A stretch of DNA of 48,278 nt from positions 1-48,278 of the forward strand of contig JAZRHS010000004.1 of NCBI GenBank assembly GCA_045644865.1, given 5' to 3'. This DNA is from Eubacteriales bacterium. GTDB taxonomy: Bacteria > Bacillota > Clostridia > Oscillospirales > CAG-272. Position numbers and translations under genes: made by a program. The notes under the pieces were generated by a model. It worked only from the letters and a program-made list of their open reading frames with translations, made no database searches and was not told where the DNA came from. This document shows, in pieces, positions 1 through 9,776 of this stretch; within the stretch, counting starts at the first letter, position 1, and every line of letters begins with the position of its first letter.

Positions 1-5
1 ATTAA

Positions 6-374
6 ATGGCTCGTATAGCAGGTGTTGATATTCCGAACGCTAAACGCGTAGAAATCGCTCTTACCTACATTTACGGTATCGGACGCAAGAGCGCAAACGA
101 TATTCTTGCAAAGACAGGAATCAATCCCGACACTCGTGCAAAGGATCTCACAGAGGAAGAAGTTGCAAAGCTTCGTGATGAGATCGAAAACTCCTACACA
201 GTAGAGGGAGACCTTCGCAGAGACGTTGCACTCAATATTAAGAGAATGGTTGAAATCAACTGTTACCGCGGCATCAGACACAGAAAGGGTCTGCCCGTAA
301 GAGGACAGAGAACAAAGACCAACGCAAGAACCAGAAAGGGTCCTGCGAAGACAATCGCAAACAAGAAGAAATAA
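6..374 (+). CDS. rpsM: 30S ribosomal protein S13 (uS13)
   Basis: 122-aa [13 protein letters not shown]...[18 protein letters not shown] is a canonical uS13 sequence. It is the first gene of the rpsM-rpsK-rpsD-rpoA-rplQ order. Confidence 0.97.
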   Translation: MARIAGVDIPNAKRVEIALTYIYGIGRKSANDILAKTGINPDTRAKDLTEEEVAKLRDEIENSYTVEGDLRRDVALNIKRMVEINCYRGIRHRKGLPVRGQRTKTNARTRKGPAKTIANKKK

Positions 375-389
375 AGGAGGAGCATAAAA

Positions 390-785
390 ATGGCAAAGGT
401 TGCTAAGAAGGTAATCAAGAAGCGCCGCGAACGCAAAAATATAGAAAAGGGCGCAGCTCATATCAGTTCGACCTTCAACAATACAATAATCACCATTACA
501 GATGCTCAGGGAAATGCAATTTCGTGGGCTTCGGCTGGTGAGCTCGGCTTTAAGGGTTCGAGAAAGTCTACTCCCTTCGCAGCGCAGAGCGCAGCAGAGA
601 CTGCAGCAAAGGCAGCAATGGAGCACGGACTTAAGACAGTTGAAGTTTTCGTAAAGGGTCCCGGTTCGGGACGAGAGTCCGCAATCCGCGCACTCGAGAC
701 AGTGGGACTTCAGATCACAATGATCAAGGATGTAACTCCCATTCCTCACAACGGATGCAGACCGCCTAAGCGCAGACGCGTATAA
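390..785 (+). CDS. rpsK: 30S ribosomal protein S11 (uS11)
   Basis: 131 aa with the typical uS11 C-terminus [22 protein letters not shown] lies upstream of the ATG. Confidence 0.97.
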   Translation: MAKVAKKVIKKRRERKNIEKGAAHISSTFNNTIITITDAQGNAISWASAGELGFKGSRKSTPFAAQSAAETAAKAAMEHGLKTVEVFVKGPGSGRESAIRALETVGLQITMIKDVTPIPHNGCRPPKRRRV

Positions 786-806
786 TTATAATAGGAGGAA
801 ACGAAA

Positions 807-1433
807 ATGGCAAGATATACAGGTCCTGTATGTAGACTCTGCCGTAGAGAGGGCAAGAAGCTTTATCTCAAGGGCGAGCGTTGCACATCTGGAAAGTGCG
901 CACTTGATCGCAGAGCAACAGCTCCCGGTCAGCACGGTGCAGGCAATAAGAAAATGAGAGAGTACGGAAAGCAGCTCCGCGAGAAGCAGGCAGCTAAGAG
1001 ATACTACGGCGTACTTGAGAAGCAGTTCCTTAACTACTTTAAGGAAGCAGAGCGCAAGGAGGGTATGACAGGTGAGAACCTTCTTACACTTATCGAGCGC
1101 AGACTTGATAATGTAGTATACAGAATGGGTATGGCAGAGAGCCGTAAGGAAGCTCGTCAGCTTGTTCTTCACGAGCACTTCGAGCTTAACGGAAAGAAGG
1201 TAAACATTCCCTCTATTATCGTTAAGGCTGGCGATGTAATTGCAGTAAGAGAGAACTTCCGCGATTCCGCAAAGTGCAAGGCTCTTGCAGAAACACTTAA
1301 GGACAAGACAGCTCCCAAGTGGCTTGAAGTAAACAAGGACAATCTCACAGCAAAGGTAGTAGCTCTTCCCGCAAGAGAGGATATCGACTTCCCCTTCGAA
1401 GAGCAGCTTATCGTCGAGCTTTATTCCAAGTAA
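807..1433 (+). CDS. rpsD: 30S ribosomal protein S4 (uS4)
   Basis: 208 aa with N-terminus [16 protein letters not shown] and an S4 RNA-binding domain. AGGAGG lies upstream. Confidence 0.97.
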   Translation: MARYTGPVCRLCRREGKKLYLKGERCTSGKCALDRRATAPGQHGAGNKKMREYGKQLREKQAAKRYYGVLEKQFLNYFKEAERKEGMTGENLLTLIERRLDNVVYRMGMAESRKEARQLVLHEHFELNGKKVNIPSIIVKAGDVIAVRENFRDSAKCKALAETLKDKTAPKWLEVNKDNLTAKVVALPAREDIDFPFEEQLIVELYSK

Positions 1434-1547
1434 TACCGATATTGCAGGCGCATTTCGGCGTTGCTTGAATTGGCGAAGCGCCGCAATATAGGTATAACCC
1501 AAATCCCACGGTTTTTAACCCATTAAATTTTAGGAGGATTATTTGGA

Positions 1548-2522
1548 ATGATAGAGATAGAAAAGCCCAATATAACGACCGTTAACCTTAGCGAAGACGG
1601 CACAAGCGGCAAGTTTATAGTAGATCCCCTTGAGAGAGGCTACGGAACAACCCTTGGAAATTCTCTTCGCAGAATACTTCTCAGCTCGCTCCCCGGAGTA
1701 GCAGTAACAAGTATCAAGATTGACGGAGTATTGCACGAGTTTTCCACAATTCCCGGTGTTAAGGAAGATGTAACAGAGATCGTTCTTAATGTAAAGGGAA
1801 TCACAGCAAAGCTTCATTGCAATACACCCAAGACAGTTGTAATTGATGTAACAGGAGAACAGATCGTTACCGCAGGTGATATCAAGCAGGATTCGGACAT
1901 CGAGATCCTCAACCCCGAGCATCATATAGCAACAGTAGGCGCAAATGAGAGATTCTATATGGAGCTTACATTTGAGCACGGCCGCGGATATGTATCCCAG
2001 GAACGCAATAAGCAGAATCATACAATGATGGCAGGACAGACAACCTCTGCTCCTATCGGAACAATATTTACCGATTCGATCTACACACCTGTTTACAATG
2101 TAAATTATACAGTTGAGAACACCCGTGTAGGTAACATCACAGACTATGACAAGCTTACACTTGAGGTTCTTACAAACGGAACTATCTCGGCAAAGGAAGC
2201 GATTTCGCTCGGAGCCAAGATTCTCAACGAGCATCTCAACTTGTTCGTGGATTTGTCCGACGAAGCAAGAAATGCGGAAATCATGGTTGAGCGCGAGGCC
2301 GTAAAGAAAGAAAAGGTCCTTGAGATGACCATTGAGGAGCTTGACATGTCTGTTCGTAGCTTCAACTGCTTGAAGCGTGCAGGCATTGACACAGTGGAAG
2401 ATTTGACCAACCGAACCGAGGAAGATATGATCAAGGTAAGAAACCTCGGTAAGAAGTCGCTTGAAGAAGTAATACAGAAGCTGCACTCACTTGGACTTAC
2501 ACTTAAGTCTGAAGAGGACTAA
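1548..2522 (+). CDS. rpoA: DNA-directed RNA polymerase subunit alpha
   Basis: 324 aa with an N-terminal assembly domain and a C-terminal HhH aCTD ([18 protein letters not shown]). AGGAGG lies upstream. Confidence 0.97.
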   Translation: MIEIEKPNITTVNLSEDGTSGKFIVDPLERGYGTTLGNSLRRILLSSLPGVAVTSIKIDGVLHEFSTIPGVKEDVTEIVLNVKGITAKLHCNTPKTVVIDVTGEQIVTAGDIKQDSDIEILNPEHHIATVGANERFYMELTFEHGRGYVSQERNKQNHTMMAGQTTSAPIGTIFTDSIYTPVYNVNYTVENTRVGNITDYDKLTLEVLTNGTISAKEAISLGAKILNEHLNLFVDLSDEARNAEIMVEREAVKKEKVLEMTIEELDMSVRSFNCLKRAGIDTVEDLTNRTEEDMIKVRNLGKKSLEEVIQKLHSLGLTLKSEED

Positions 2523-2577
2523 TCGCCTCTGTGCAGTAAACGAGTAGATAAAAGATAGCAGAAGGAGGGAAATCACA

Positions 2578-2940
2578 ATGCCCGGAACCAGAAAACTTGG
2601 CAGAACAACTGCTCATAGAAAAGCAATGCTCCGCGGACTTGTAACTCTCTTGCTTGAGAATGGTAAGGTTGAAACCACTCTCACAAGAGCAAAGGAAGTT
2701 CGTTCGGTAGCTGAGAAAATGATAACACTTGGCAAGAAGAATACACTTGCAAGCCGTCGTAGCGCACTTGCGTATATTACAAAGGAGTCGGTAGTAGCAA
2801 AGCTCTTTAGCGAGATCGCTCCCAAGTACGAGAACCGCAACGGTGGTTACACTCAGATATTCAAGATGGGTCCCCGTAGAGGAGACGCAGCAGAAATGGC
2901 AATCATCAAGCTTGTTGATGAGGACGCAAAGGCTGAGTAA
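2578..2940 (+). CDS. rplQ: 50S ribosomal protein L17 (bL17)
   Basis: 120 aa, [21 protein letters not shown]... is typical bL17. It is the last gene of the alpha operon. Confidence 0.97.
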   Translation: MPGTRKLGRTTAHRKAMLRGLVTLLLENGKVETTLTRAKEVRSVAEKMITLGKKNTLASRRSALAYITKESVVAKLFSEIAPKYENRNGGYTQIFKMGPRRGDAAEMAIIKLVDEDAKAE

Positions 2941-2952
2941 TTAAAGAAATCA

Positions 2953-2986
2953 TACCGCAGATGAGGTAACTCATCTGCGGTATTTT
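2953..2986 (+). terminator. Intrinsic terminator of the alpha operon
   Basis: 13-bp perfect stem TACCGCAGATGAG/CTCATCTGCGGTA with loop GTAA, followed by TTTT. Confidence 0.85.
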
Positions 2987-3080
2987 CAGTTAAACAAAAT
3001 TATGCCTGTCAGACGGTTTTGGAATTTTGCTGAATATGTTTTCATATATTATTTACAGCAAAGCACAAAGGAGTTTGATA

Positions 3081-5717
3081 ATGACAGGCATAGATATAAA
3101 AAAAGCCCGAGGGCTTACTGAGGATGAGGTCAGGCTCTCGCGGAGGGAGCAGGGCGCAAATGTAATGTCGGTAGCCCGAAAAAAGGGCTTTTGGGCGCAT
3201 TTTATCTCAAATCTGAATGACCCTATAATAAAGATTCTCATTGGCGCGCTTATTATAAATATTTTGTTCGTATTCAGAACCTCGGATTGGATCGAAACGG
3301 CGGGAATTGCTCTGTCGGTTTTTCTTGCTACCTTTATATCCACTATGTCGGAATACGGAAGCCAGAATGCCTTTGCAAGGCTCAATGAGGTAAATGAAAA
3401 TTATCTTTGCAGGGTAAGGCGGGACGGGGCGCTTAAGGAGATTCCCGTTAGTGAAATTGTTTGCGGCGATGTGGTGCTTTTGTCTTCGGGGGATTGCGTT
3501 CCTGCCGACGGATTTATAATTGAGGGGGGACTGACGGTAGACCAAAGCCCGATGACAGGCGAAAGTGTTGAGGTGGAAAAAAAGCCACGCTCGGGTGAGC
3601 CGCTTTCGCCTAAATCGAGCTCGGCTTTATTGCGGGGATGCTCGGTAATGTCGGGGGAGGGCGTTATGCTTGTTTCGGCGGTGGGGGACAAGACGCTTTT
3701 GGGCGAAATATCCCGTGAGCTTCAGCTTGACACAAGAGAAAGCCCGATGAAAATAAGGCTTTCAAAGCTTGCCAAGCAAATAAGCCGCCTTGGTTACGCC
3801 GCGGCGGTTTTAATTAGTCTTGTATACCTGTTTAATGAGCTTGTACTTGATAGCGGAAGCAATCCTGCGGTCATAATGATGAAGCTGGGTGATTGGCGTT
3901 ATATGCTGGAAACTGCCTTAAATGCTTTGACTCTTGGGCTTACCGTTGTTATAGTAGCCGTCCCTGAGGGGCTGCCCTTAATGGTGTCGGTGGTGCTTTC
4001 TTCAAACACCAAGAAGATGGTAAAGGATATGGTGCTTGTGAAGAAGCCTGTAGGCATTGAGGCGGCGGGAAGTATGAATATACTTTTTACCGATAAAACG
4101 GGCACACTTACAGAGGGCAACCTCAGCGTGGTGTCGGTTTTTGACGACAGGCAGGAGTATGGGAGCGTGGCTGATTTCAGAATACAGTCGCCAAGCGCTT
4201 TTGAGCTTTATCGGCTTAACGCGCTATATAACACCTCTGCCCAGATGTGCGGCGGAAGACTGCTTGGCGGTAACTCCACCGAAAAGGCGTTGCTTAATTC
4301 CTTGTTGCCCGCAGAGCTTGAGGCTCGGTGTTTTGTTTTGAGCAAAACTCCGTTTGACAGCGCGCAGAAGTTTTCCGCGGTTGAATTGTCCCGTCCTCAA
4401 AAGCTGAGGCTTTACAAGGGCGCGGCAGAAAGGCTTCTTTCAAAAATCAGTCTTTCCTTGGGGAAGGACGGAGAGGTGCAGCCCTTTGACAGAAGTAAAT
4501 TTTGCGCTATGCTTAACGCTCATACTCGGCGAGGAGAGCGAGTTCTTATATGCACAGTTGGCGGTGGGAAGTTTGGTGATGACAGTGCAACCACCCTTGT
4601 GTGCGGAATTGTTATTTCCGATAGGCTGAGAAGCGAAGCGAAAAGCTCTGTCGCCACGCTGAAGCGCGCGGGAATACAGGTTACGATGATAACAGGCGAC
4701 AGCAAGGAAACTGCCGCAACCATCGCTGAAAAATGCGGAATTCTCGGAAGAAATTGCGACATTTGCCTTAGCAGCGACGAGCTTTCAAGACTAAGCGACG
4801 ACGAGCTTTCAGACTTGTTACCGCGTATTGCCGTGATAGCGCGGGCTCTGCCGCAGGACAAAAGCCGTCTTGTTCGGATAGCACAATCAAAGGGGCTTGT
4901 TTGCGGAATGACAGGCGACGGTATCAACGATGCCCCCGCTCTTAAGCGAGCCGACATCGGCTTTTCTATGGGTAAGGGCTCACAGGTTGCCAAGGAAGCG
5001 GGAGATGTGGTTATTCTTGACAACAACCTTTCGTCGATAGTGCGGGCGGTGCTTTACGGAAGGACCATATTCAAAAGTATACGAAAATTCATAGTGCTAC
5101 AGCTGACCATAAATCTGTGCGCGGTAGGGGTTACAATGATTTGTCCCTTCCTTGGCATAGACTCGCCCGTAACCGTGGTGCAGATGCTGTGGCTGAATAT
5201 AATTATGGACACACTTGGCGGTCTTGCCTTTGCGGGAGAACCGCCGCTTGACTCATATATGACAGAGCCGCCCAAGCGGAGAGATGAGCCGATACTTAAC
5301 CGATATATGGTAAATCAAATACTTACTCTTGGGGCTTTTACTATAGCTTTGTCGCTGTCCTTCCTTAAAAATCCATACTTCACCTCGAATTTCAGAACCG
5401 AGCCTGATAATCTGTATCTTTTGACAGGATTTTTTGCCTTCTTTATCTTTGCGGCGGTATTCAACTGCTTCAACGCCCGAAGCGACAGGCTTAACATATT
5501 TGCGGGTATAACAAAAAACCGTCCGTTCACCCTCATAATGCTTATGATATCGGTAATACAGATAGTATTTGTTTATCTTGGGGGAGAGGTGCTGAGAACT
5601 GTGCCTCTATACCTTGGGGAGCTGAAGGTGGCGCTTTTGGCGGCACTTGCCGTTTTCCCTGCAGAGGCGATAAGAAAAATAGTATGGAAAAGAATAATAA
5701 AAAAGCCAAGGTATTAA
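3081..5717 (+). CDS. P-type (type II, Ca2+-transporting-like) cation ATPase
   Basis: Motifs TGES, DKTGTLT (phospho-Asp), TGDGINDAPALK, PEGLP in M4 and NIIMD in M6. I moved the start from the track TTG at 3027 to the ATG at 3081, which sits behind AAGGAG. Confidence 0.9.
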   Translation: MTGIDIKKARGLTEDEVRLSRREQGANVMSVARKKGFWAHFISNLNDPIIKILIGALIINILFVFRTSDWIETAGIALSVFLATFISTMSEYGSQNAFARLNEVNENYLCRVRRDGALKEIPVSEIVCGDVVLLSSGDCVPADGFIIEGGLTVDQSPMTGESVEVEKKPRSGEPLSPKSSSALLRGCSVMSGEGVMLVSAVGDKTLLGEISRELQLDTRESPMKIRLSKLAKQISRLGYAAAVLISLVYLFNELVLDSGSNPAVIMMKLGDWRYMLETALNALTLGLTVVIVAVPEGLPLMVSVVLSSNTKKMVKDMVLVKKPVGIEAAGSMNILFTDKTGTLTEGNLSVVSVFDDRQEYGSVADFRIQSPSAFELYRLNALYNTSAQMCGGRLLGGNSTEKALLNSLLPAELEARCFVLSKTPFDSAQKFSAVELSRPQKLRLYKGAAERLLSKISLSLGKDGEVQPFDRSKFCAMLNAHTRRGERVLICTVGGGKFGDDSATTLVCGIVISDRLRSEAKSSVATLKRAGIQVTMITGDSKETAATIAEKCGILGRNCDICLSSDELSRLSDDELSDLLPRIAVIARALPQDKSRLVRIAQSKGLVCGMTGDGINDAPALKRADIGFSMGKGSQVAKEAGDVVILDNNLSSIVRAVLYGRTIFKSIRKFIVLQLTINLCAVGVTMICPFLGIDSPVTVVQMLWLNIIMDTLGGLAFAGEPPLDSYMTEPPKRRDEPILNRYMVNQILTLGAFTIALSLSFLKNPYFTSNFRTEPDNLYLLTGFFAFFIFAAVFNCFNARSDRLNIFAGITKNRPFTLIMLMISVIQIVFVYLGGEVLRTVPLYLGELKVALLAALAVFPAEAIRKIVWKRIIKKPRY

Positions 5718-5720
5718 AAA

Positions 5721-5748
5721 AGGGGCAATCTCGTTTGAGATTGCCCTT
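5721..5748. terminator. Hairpin between convergent genes, best suited as terminator of the minus-strand 77-aa gene
   Basis: 12-bp stem AGGGGCAATCTC/GAGATTGCCCTT with loop GTTT. The A5 run on the plus side gives a U-tract on the minus-strand transcript. Confidence 0.7.
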
Positions 5749-5753
5749 AAGTA

Positions 5754-5987
5754 TTAGTTGCGCTCCTTAAGCCAAGCCTCAGCCTTTTCCTTAGAAAGAC
5801 GAATAATGTCTTCCTTGGTGTAGGGTGAGTCCTCGCCGCCGTTTACATATACGAAGAAAAGACCGTTAGGTGTCTGGTAGAGAGTTTCTTCGTAACCTGT
5901 GCTGTCTCCGAAATTGCCAACTGTAACCTTTTTAACTACTGTAGCAATCTCTGTGTCATAAACTGTTTTGCAGATTTTCTTTTGCAT
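5754..5987 (-). CDS. Hypothetical small cytoplasmic protein (77 aa)
   Basis: ORF with AAGGAG upstream, its own near-consensus promoter and a terminator. I recognise no family. Confidence 0.65.
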   Translation of the reverse strand: MQKKICKTVYDTEIATVVKKVTVGNFGDSTGYEETLYQTPNGLFFVYVNGGEDSPYTKEDIIRLSKEKAEAWLKERN

Positions 5988-6025
5988 TGTGTGGGACTCC
6001 TTTCTGTTTATTTTTTCCGAAGTAT

Positions 6026-6054
6026 ATTATATCATATTTTCTTGTAAAATTCAA
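6026..6054 (-). promoter_or_regulatory. SigA-type promoter for the 77-aa gene
   Basis: On the minus strand: TTGAAT, 17 nt, TGaTATAAT (extended -10), with an A-tract immediately upstream. Confidence 0.6.
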
Positions 6055-6116
6055 GGTTTTTTTGCGATTTTCAATGAAATAATTTGTAAAAATCCTTATT
6101 TTCCCGGCTTTTGGGG

Positions 6117-7046
6117 TTAATCGTTAAACAAAGGAGTGGATAAGTATCTGTCGCCTGTGTCGGGTAGCAGAACAACAATGTTTTTTCCTGTGTTTTCAGC
6201 CTTTTTTGCAAGCAGAGTTGCCGCATAGAGCGCCGCACCCGAGCTTATTCCAACCAATATACCCTCGCGCTTTGCCAATGCTCTTGAAGCCTCGTAGGCG
6301 TCATTTACCGAAACGGCGATTATTTCATCACATATTTCCTTGTTGAGAAGCGACGGAACAAAATTTGCTCCGATGCCCTGAATTCCGTGCGCTCCCGAAA
6401 TACCCTTTGACAAAAGGGGCGAAGCTTCGGGCTCTACCGCAATTATTTTTATGTCGGGGTTTTTGGATTTTAAGTATTCCCCAACGCCTGTAATTGTTCC
6501 GCCTGTGCCTACTCCTGCTACGAATATATCCACCTTGCCCTCGGTGTCTTCCCATATTTCGGGGCCCGTGGTCTTTATGTGGGCGTTGGCGTTTTCGCGG
6601 TTGTCAAATTGAGAGGGAATAAAGCTTCCTTCTATTTCTTTGGCAAGCTCTTTAGCCTTGTCTACCGCGCCCTGCATACCCTTTGAGCCCTCGGTGAGAA
6701 TTATTTCCGCACCGTAAGCGGCAAGAAGCTTTCTGCGCTCAACACTCATGGTGTCGGGCATAGTAAGTATTACCCTGTAGCCCTTGTATGCGGCTATGGC
6801 GGCAAGACCTATTCCCGTGTTTCCGCTGGTGGGCTCGATAATAACAGAGCCTTCCGTAAGCTCACCTGTCGCCTCTGCCGCTTCTATCATAGAAAGTGCG
6901 GCTCTTTCTTTAACGCTTCCCGCGGGATTGAGATATTCAAGCTTGCATAAGAGGGTAGCCCCAAGCGCGTTGTCCTTTTCGTAGTTTGTCGGCTCAAAAA
7001 GCGGAGTTCTGCCTATAAGCTCGACTATATTTTTATATATTTTCAT
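6117..7046 (-). CDS. cysK: Cysteine synthase A (O-acetylserine sulfhydrylase)
   Basis: PLP-lysine context AGSVKER, TSGNTG loop and GVGTGGTITG. I set the start to the ATG at 7046 behind GAGGTG (the track started at GTG 7055). Confidence 0.93.
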   Translation of the reverse strand: MKIYKNIVELIGRTPLFEPTNYEKDNALGATLLCKLEYLNPAGSVKERAALSMIEAAEATGELTEGSVIIEPTSGNTGIGLAAIAAYKGYRVILTMPDTMSVERRKLLAAYGAEIILTEGSKGMQGAVDKAKELAKEIEGSFIPSQFDNRENANAHIKTTGPEIWEDTEGKVDIFVAGVGTGGTITGVGEYLKSKNPDIKIIAVEPEASPLLSKGISGAHGIQGIGANFVPSLLNKEICDEIIAVSVNDAYEASRALAKREGILVGISSGAALYAATLLAKKAENTGKNIVVLLPDTGDRYLSTPLFND

Positions 7047-7070
7047 TGCTTTCACCTCATAAATATTTTA

Positions 7071-8180
7071 TCACCTTTTGCTTTTTGTGTCAATAGCAGA
7101 ATTTTGGATATACCTGTTGCCAAGATAACTTTTTATAGCGATGATAGCGGCGGGAGCTAAAAGCATTCCCCAAATATTAAACAGCTTAAAGCCCACATAC
7201 ATTCCGATAAGGGTGAGGGCGGGGTGAAGGCCGATAGTTCCGCCGACTATTCTCGGCTCTGAAATTTGTCTAACCACGGTAACAACGCCCCAAAGAGCCA
7301 CAAGGGCTATTCCGCGGCCAAAGTCGTAGGTGAAGAAGCACAACACCGCCCAGGGAATAAGCACCGTGCCAACTCCAAGCACGGGTAGAATATCAAGCAG
7401 GGATATAAGGGTGGCTAACAGGAAGGCGTAGTCAGCGCCAATAAGTGTAAGCCCCACGATAAGCTCAAAAAAGGTCAGTGCCATCAGTATGGCATAGGCC
7501 TTGAGATACCTTGCCGCAAGCGATCTTGTGTGAGCCTTTATTTTAGGAAGCTTTTTTTGAATAGACATAGGCATTGCGCGGACAAGGCGTTCGCTTATCA
7601 TTTCAAAGTCAAGGGCAAAGTAAAATGAGGCAATAATGCTTATAACGATAAACAGAACAATAGAGGGCAGGGTGCGTATTACGCCTGTGGCGAATGAGGT
7701 AATGGCAGTACCCAGATCTGATGCAAAGCCCTTTAAGAATGAGGTTATCATATCGTCAAGCCTGCTGCCTATTTTTTGTCCATCGTCGCGGACAACGAGA
7801 TGATTTACCAAGGGAATGTGGTCGCCTATCTGCGATAGCCTTTCGCCAAACTCCGATAGGCTTTGGGAGAGGGCGCTGTCCTTTGTAAGATTGCCCAAAA
7901 ACTTTTCTATTTCAGAAAAGAACCTTGTTACTCCAAGGTATAGCAAAAGTCCGATTATAAGAAAAAGCAGAAGCAAGATCGCCGCCGAGCAAAGCTTTTT
8001 TGGCAGCCTTAGCCTTTGGCTGACAGTGGTCGACAGGCAGTTGGTGAAAAACGCCATAATCCAAGCGATAAAAAAGGGAAGAAGTACTGCAATAAGATAT
8101 TTTCCCAAAAGAAAAAGAAAGAGTGCCCCAAGGGTTATACATATACCGACAGACGAAAGTCTTTGCCAATCAATTCGCAT
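7071..8180 (-). CDS. AI-2E/PerM-family integral membrane protein, YtvI-like (sporulation membrane protein type)
   Basis: Polytopic membrane protein with AI-2E family architecture. I set the start to the ATG at 8180 (MRIDWQRL...) behind GAGAGGAAG. It ends 24 nt before cysK. Confidence 0.8.
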   Translation of the reverse strand: MRIDWQRLSSVGICITLGALFLFLLGKYLIAVLLPFFIAWIMAFFTNCLSTTVSQRLRLPKKLCSAAILLLLFLIIGLLLYLGVTRFFSEIEKFLGNLTKDSALSQSLSEFGERLSQIGDHIPLVNHLVVRDDGQKIGSRLDDMITSFLKGFASDLGTAITSFATGVIRTLPSIVLFIVISIIASFYFALDFEMISERLVRAMPMSIQKKLPKIKAHTRSLAARYLKAYAILMALTFFELIVGLTLIGADYAFLLATLISLLDILPVLGVGTVLIPWAVLCFFTYDFGRGIALVALWGVVTVVRQISEPRIVGGTIGLHPALTLIGMYVGFKLFNIWGMLLAPAAIIAIKSYLGNRYIQNSAIDTKSKR

Positions 8181-8281
8181 TTTTATCACTTCCTCTCTAA
8201 GCATTATTATGCCGACAATGGGTATAAAAATCAATAATTTCTTAAATTTTTACTATACATATAAAAAAATCAAAAAACCTC

Positions 8282-8310
8282 TTGACTTTATCGGTTTATT
8301 GTGTTATCAT
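8282..8310 (+). promoter_or_regulatory. SigA-type promoter of the yerC-like/his operon
   Basis: TTGACT (8282-8287), 17 nt, TGtTATCAT (-10 at 8305-8310). Confidence 0.65.
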
Positions 8311-8344
8311 ATTAAAGTGATAAAGTGGAAGTGAGGTGTACAAT

Positions 8345-8638
8345 ATGGCACATATACTTGATAACGATAGCGTAAAGCTTATGATAAAAGCAATTATGAC
8401 GCTTGAAAACGAGGAGGAATGCAGAGCATTTCTTGAGGACCTTATGACAACAAAGGAGATACTTGACATCTCCCAGCGCGTGGTGGTTGCAAAGATGCTT
8501 TCCGAGCAGGCGGTCTACAACAAGATTGCTGACGAAACAGGAGCAAGCACAGCGACAATAAGCCGTGTAAACCGCAGCTATAGCTACGGCACAGGCGGAT
8601 ATAAGACGGTGCTTTCGCGTCTTGAAGAAAAGAACTGA
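8345..8638 (+). CDS. YerC/YecD-family TrpR-like DNA-binding protein (HisR-type candidate)
   Basis: 97 aa. The sequence ...ILDISQRVVVAKML...ETGASTATISRVNRSYSYGTGGY is the YerC/YecD signature. The ATG at 8345 sits behind GAGGTG. Confidence 0.85.
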   Translation: MAHILDNDSVKLMIKAIMTLENEEECRAFLEDLMTTKEILDISQRVVVAKMLSEQAVYNKIADETGASTATISRVNRSYSYGTGGYKTVLSRLEEKN

Positions 8639-8651
8639 CAGAGGAATTGAT

Positions 8652-9776
8652 ATGAAATTTGACGAGCTTGCGTTTGATAACGGAGAGCGTGCCGCCTTTG
8701 GGCTTGGTCAGCTCTACCGTCAATACGGATATGTAAGATATAAAATAAGTAAATTTGAGGAATATGACCTCTATGTGCAGAACAAGAGCTTTCTTGTAAG
8801 CGAAAATGTACTGACATTTACCGACAGCGACGGAAAGCTAATGGCGCTTAAGCCCGATGTAACTCTTTCTATTGTAAAGAATTCCAAGGAAGGCGACGGT
8901 ATACAAAAGGTTTACTACAACGAGAATGTTTACCGCAAATCGTCGGGAACAGGCGAGTTTGGTGAAATTATGCAGACAGGCCTTGAGTGCATAGGCGACA
9001 TCGACACCTACTCGGTGGGTGAGGTGGTAATGCTTGCCGCAAAGAGCCTTGAGAGCATCAGCAAAAAATATGTGCTTGACATTTCGCATATGGGCTTTGT
9101 TTCGGCTTTTCTTGAGTCGATATGCTCAAGTGTGGTGGTAAGAGATGAGATAGTAGGACTTATGGGCGACAAGAATATTCACGGCATTCGCGCTCTTTGC
9201 GAAAAGCAGGGAATATCCGCTGAAAGCTGCGAGGACTTTTGTACTCTTACAAAGCTTTACGGCCCTGTTACCAAGTGTGTGGATTTGCTGCTTCCTTTGA
9301 TAAGAAGCGACGAGATGAGGGCGGCGTACGAGGAGCTTTCTGCGCTTGTGGATATCATAAGAATATACGGCTTTGACGACAAGGTATATCTTGATTTCTC
9401 CATAGTGAACGATATGAGCTACTATAACGGAATTATCTTCCGCGGATTTATTGACGGTATTCCCGCAGGCGTGCTTTCGGGCGGACGCTACGACAATCTT
9501 CTCAAGAAGATGGGAAAGAACTCGGGAGCTATTGGCTTTGCGGTATATCTTGACCTGCTTGAGCGCTTTGGAGATGAAGGCGAGAGCTTTGATGTTGATG
9601 TGCTTCTTACATATGAGGAGGGCGCGTCGCCAAAGGATATTATAGATGCGGTAAAGCTTTTGTCAAGCTACAAAAAGTCGGTAAAGGTACAGAGTACAGA
9701 CGATAAGAGTGTAAGATACAGACAGCTTGCAGCGGTAAGAAGAGGAGGCTTTGAGATCCTTGAAAACAATGATTAA
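8652..9776 (+). CDS. hisZ: ATP phosphoribosyltransferase regulatory subunit
   Basis: HisRS-like catalytic-core paralog without an anticodon-binding domain, placed directly before a short-form hisG. The ATG at 8652 sits behind GAGGAA. Confidence 0.9.
   Translation: MKFDELAFDNGERAAFGLGQLYRQYGYVRYKISKFEEYDLYVQNKSFLVSENVLTFTDSDGKLMALKPDVTLSIVKNSKEGDGIQKVYYNENVYRKSSGTGEFGEIMQTGLECIGDIDTYSVGEVVMLAAKSLESISKKYVLDISHMGFVSAFLESICSSVVVRDEIVGLMGDKNIHGIRALCEKQGISAESCEDFCTLTKLYGPVTKCVDLLLPLIRSDEMRAAYEELSALVDIIRIYGFDDKVYLDFSIVNDMSYYNGIIFRGFIDGIPAGVLSGGRYDNLLKKMGKNSGAIGFAVYLDLLERFGDEGESFDVDVLLTYEEGASPKDIIDAVKLLSSYKKSVKVQSTDDKSVRYRQLAAVRRGGFEILENND

Noticed and set aside
786-2486. Long minus-strand ORFs of 238 aa (786-1502) and 315 aa (1539-2486).
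   Set aside because: They are fully antisense to rpsD and rpoA. Their Cys/Leu/Tyr/Lys-rich composition is low-complexity and unlike real proteins. No SD is present. Open antisense frames are a by-product of the codon usage of the sense genes.
8181-8281. Sporulation-sigma (E or K) promoter for the ytvI-like gene.
   Set aside because: I found only weak partial matches (for example CATAATAAT). I could not support a call from sequence alone.
7816-8334. 172-aa plus-strand ORF.
   Set aside because: It is antisense to the ytvI-like gene and reads through the divergent promoter region. It has no SD.
8311-8344. Possible T-box, riboswitch or his-leader attenuator ahead of the histidine operon.
   Set aside because: The leader is only about 30 nt and has no specifier or terminator structures and no His-codon-rich mini-ORF.
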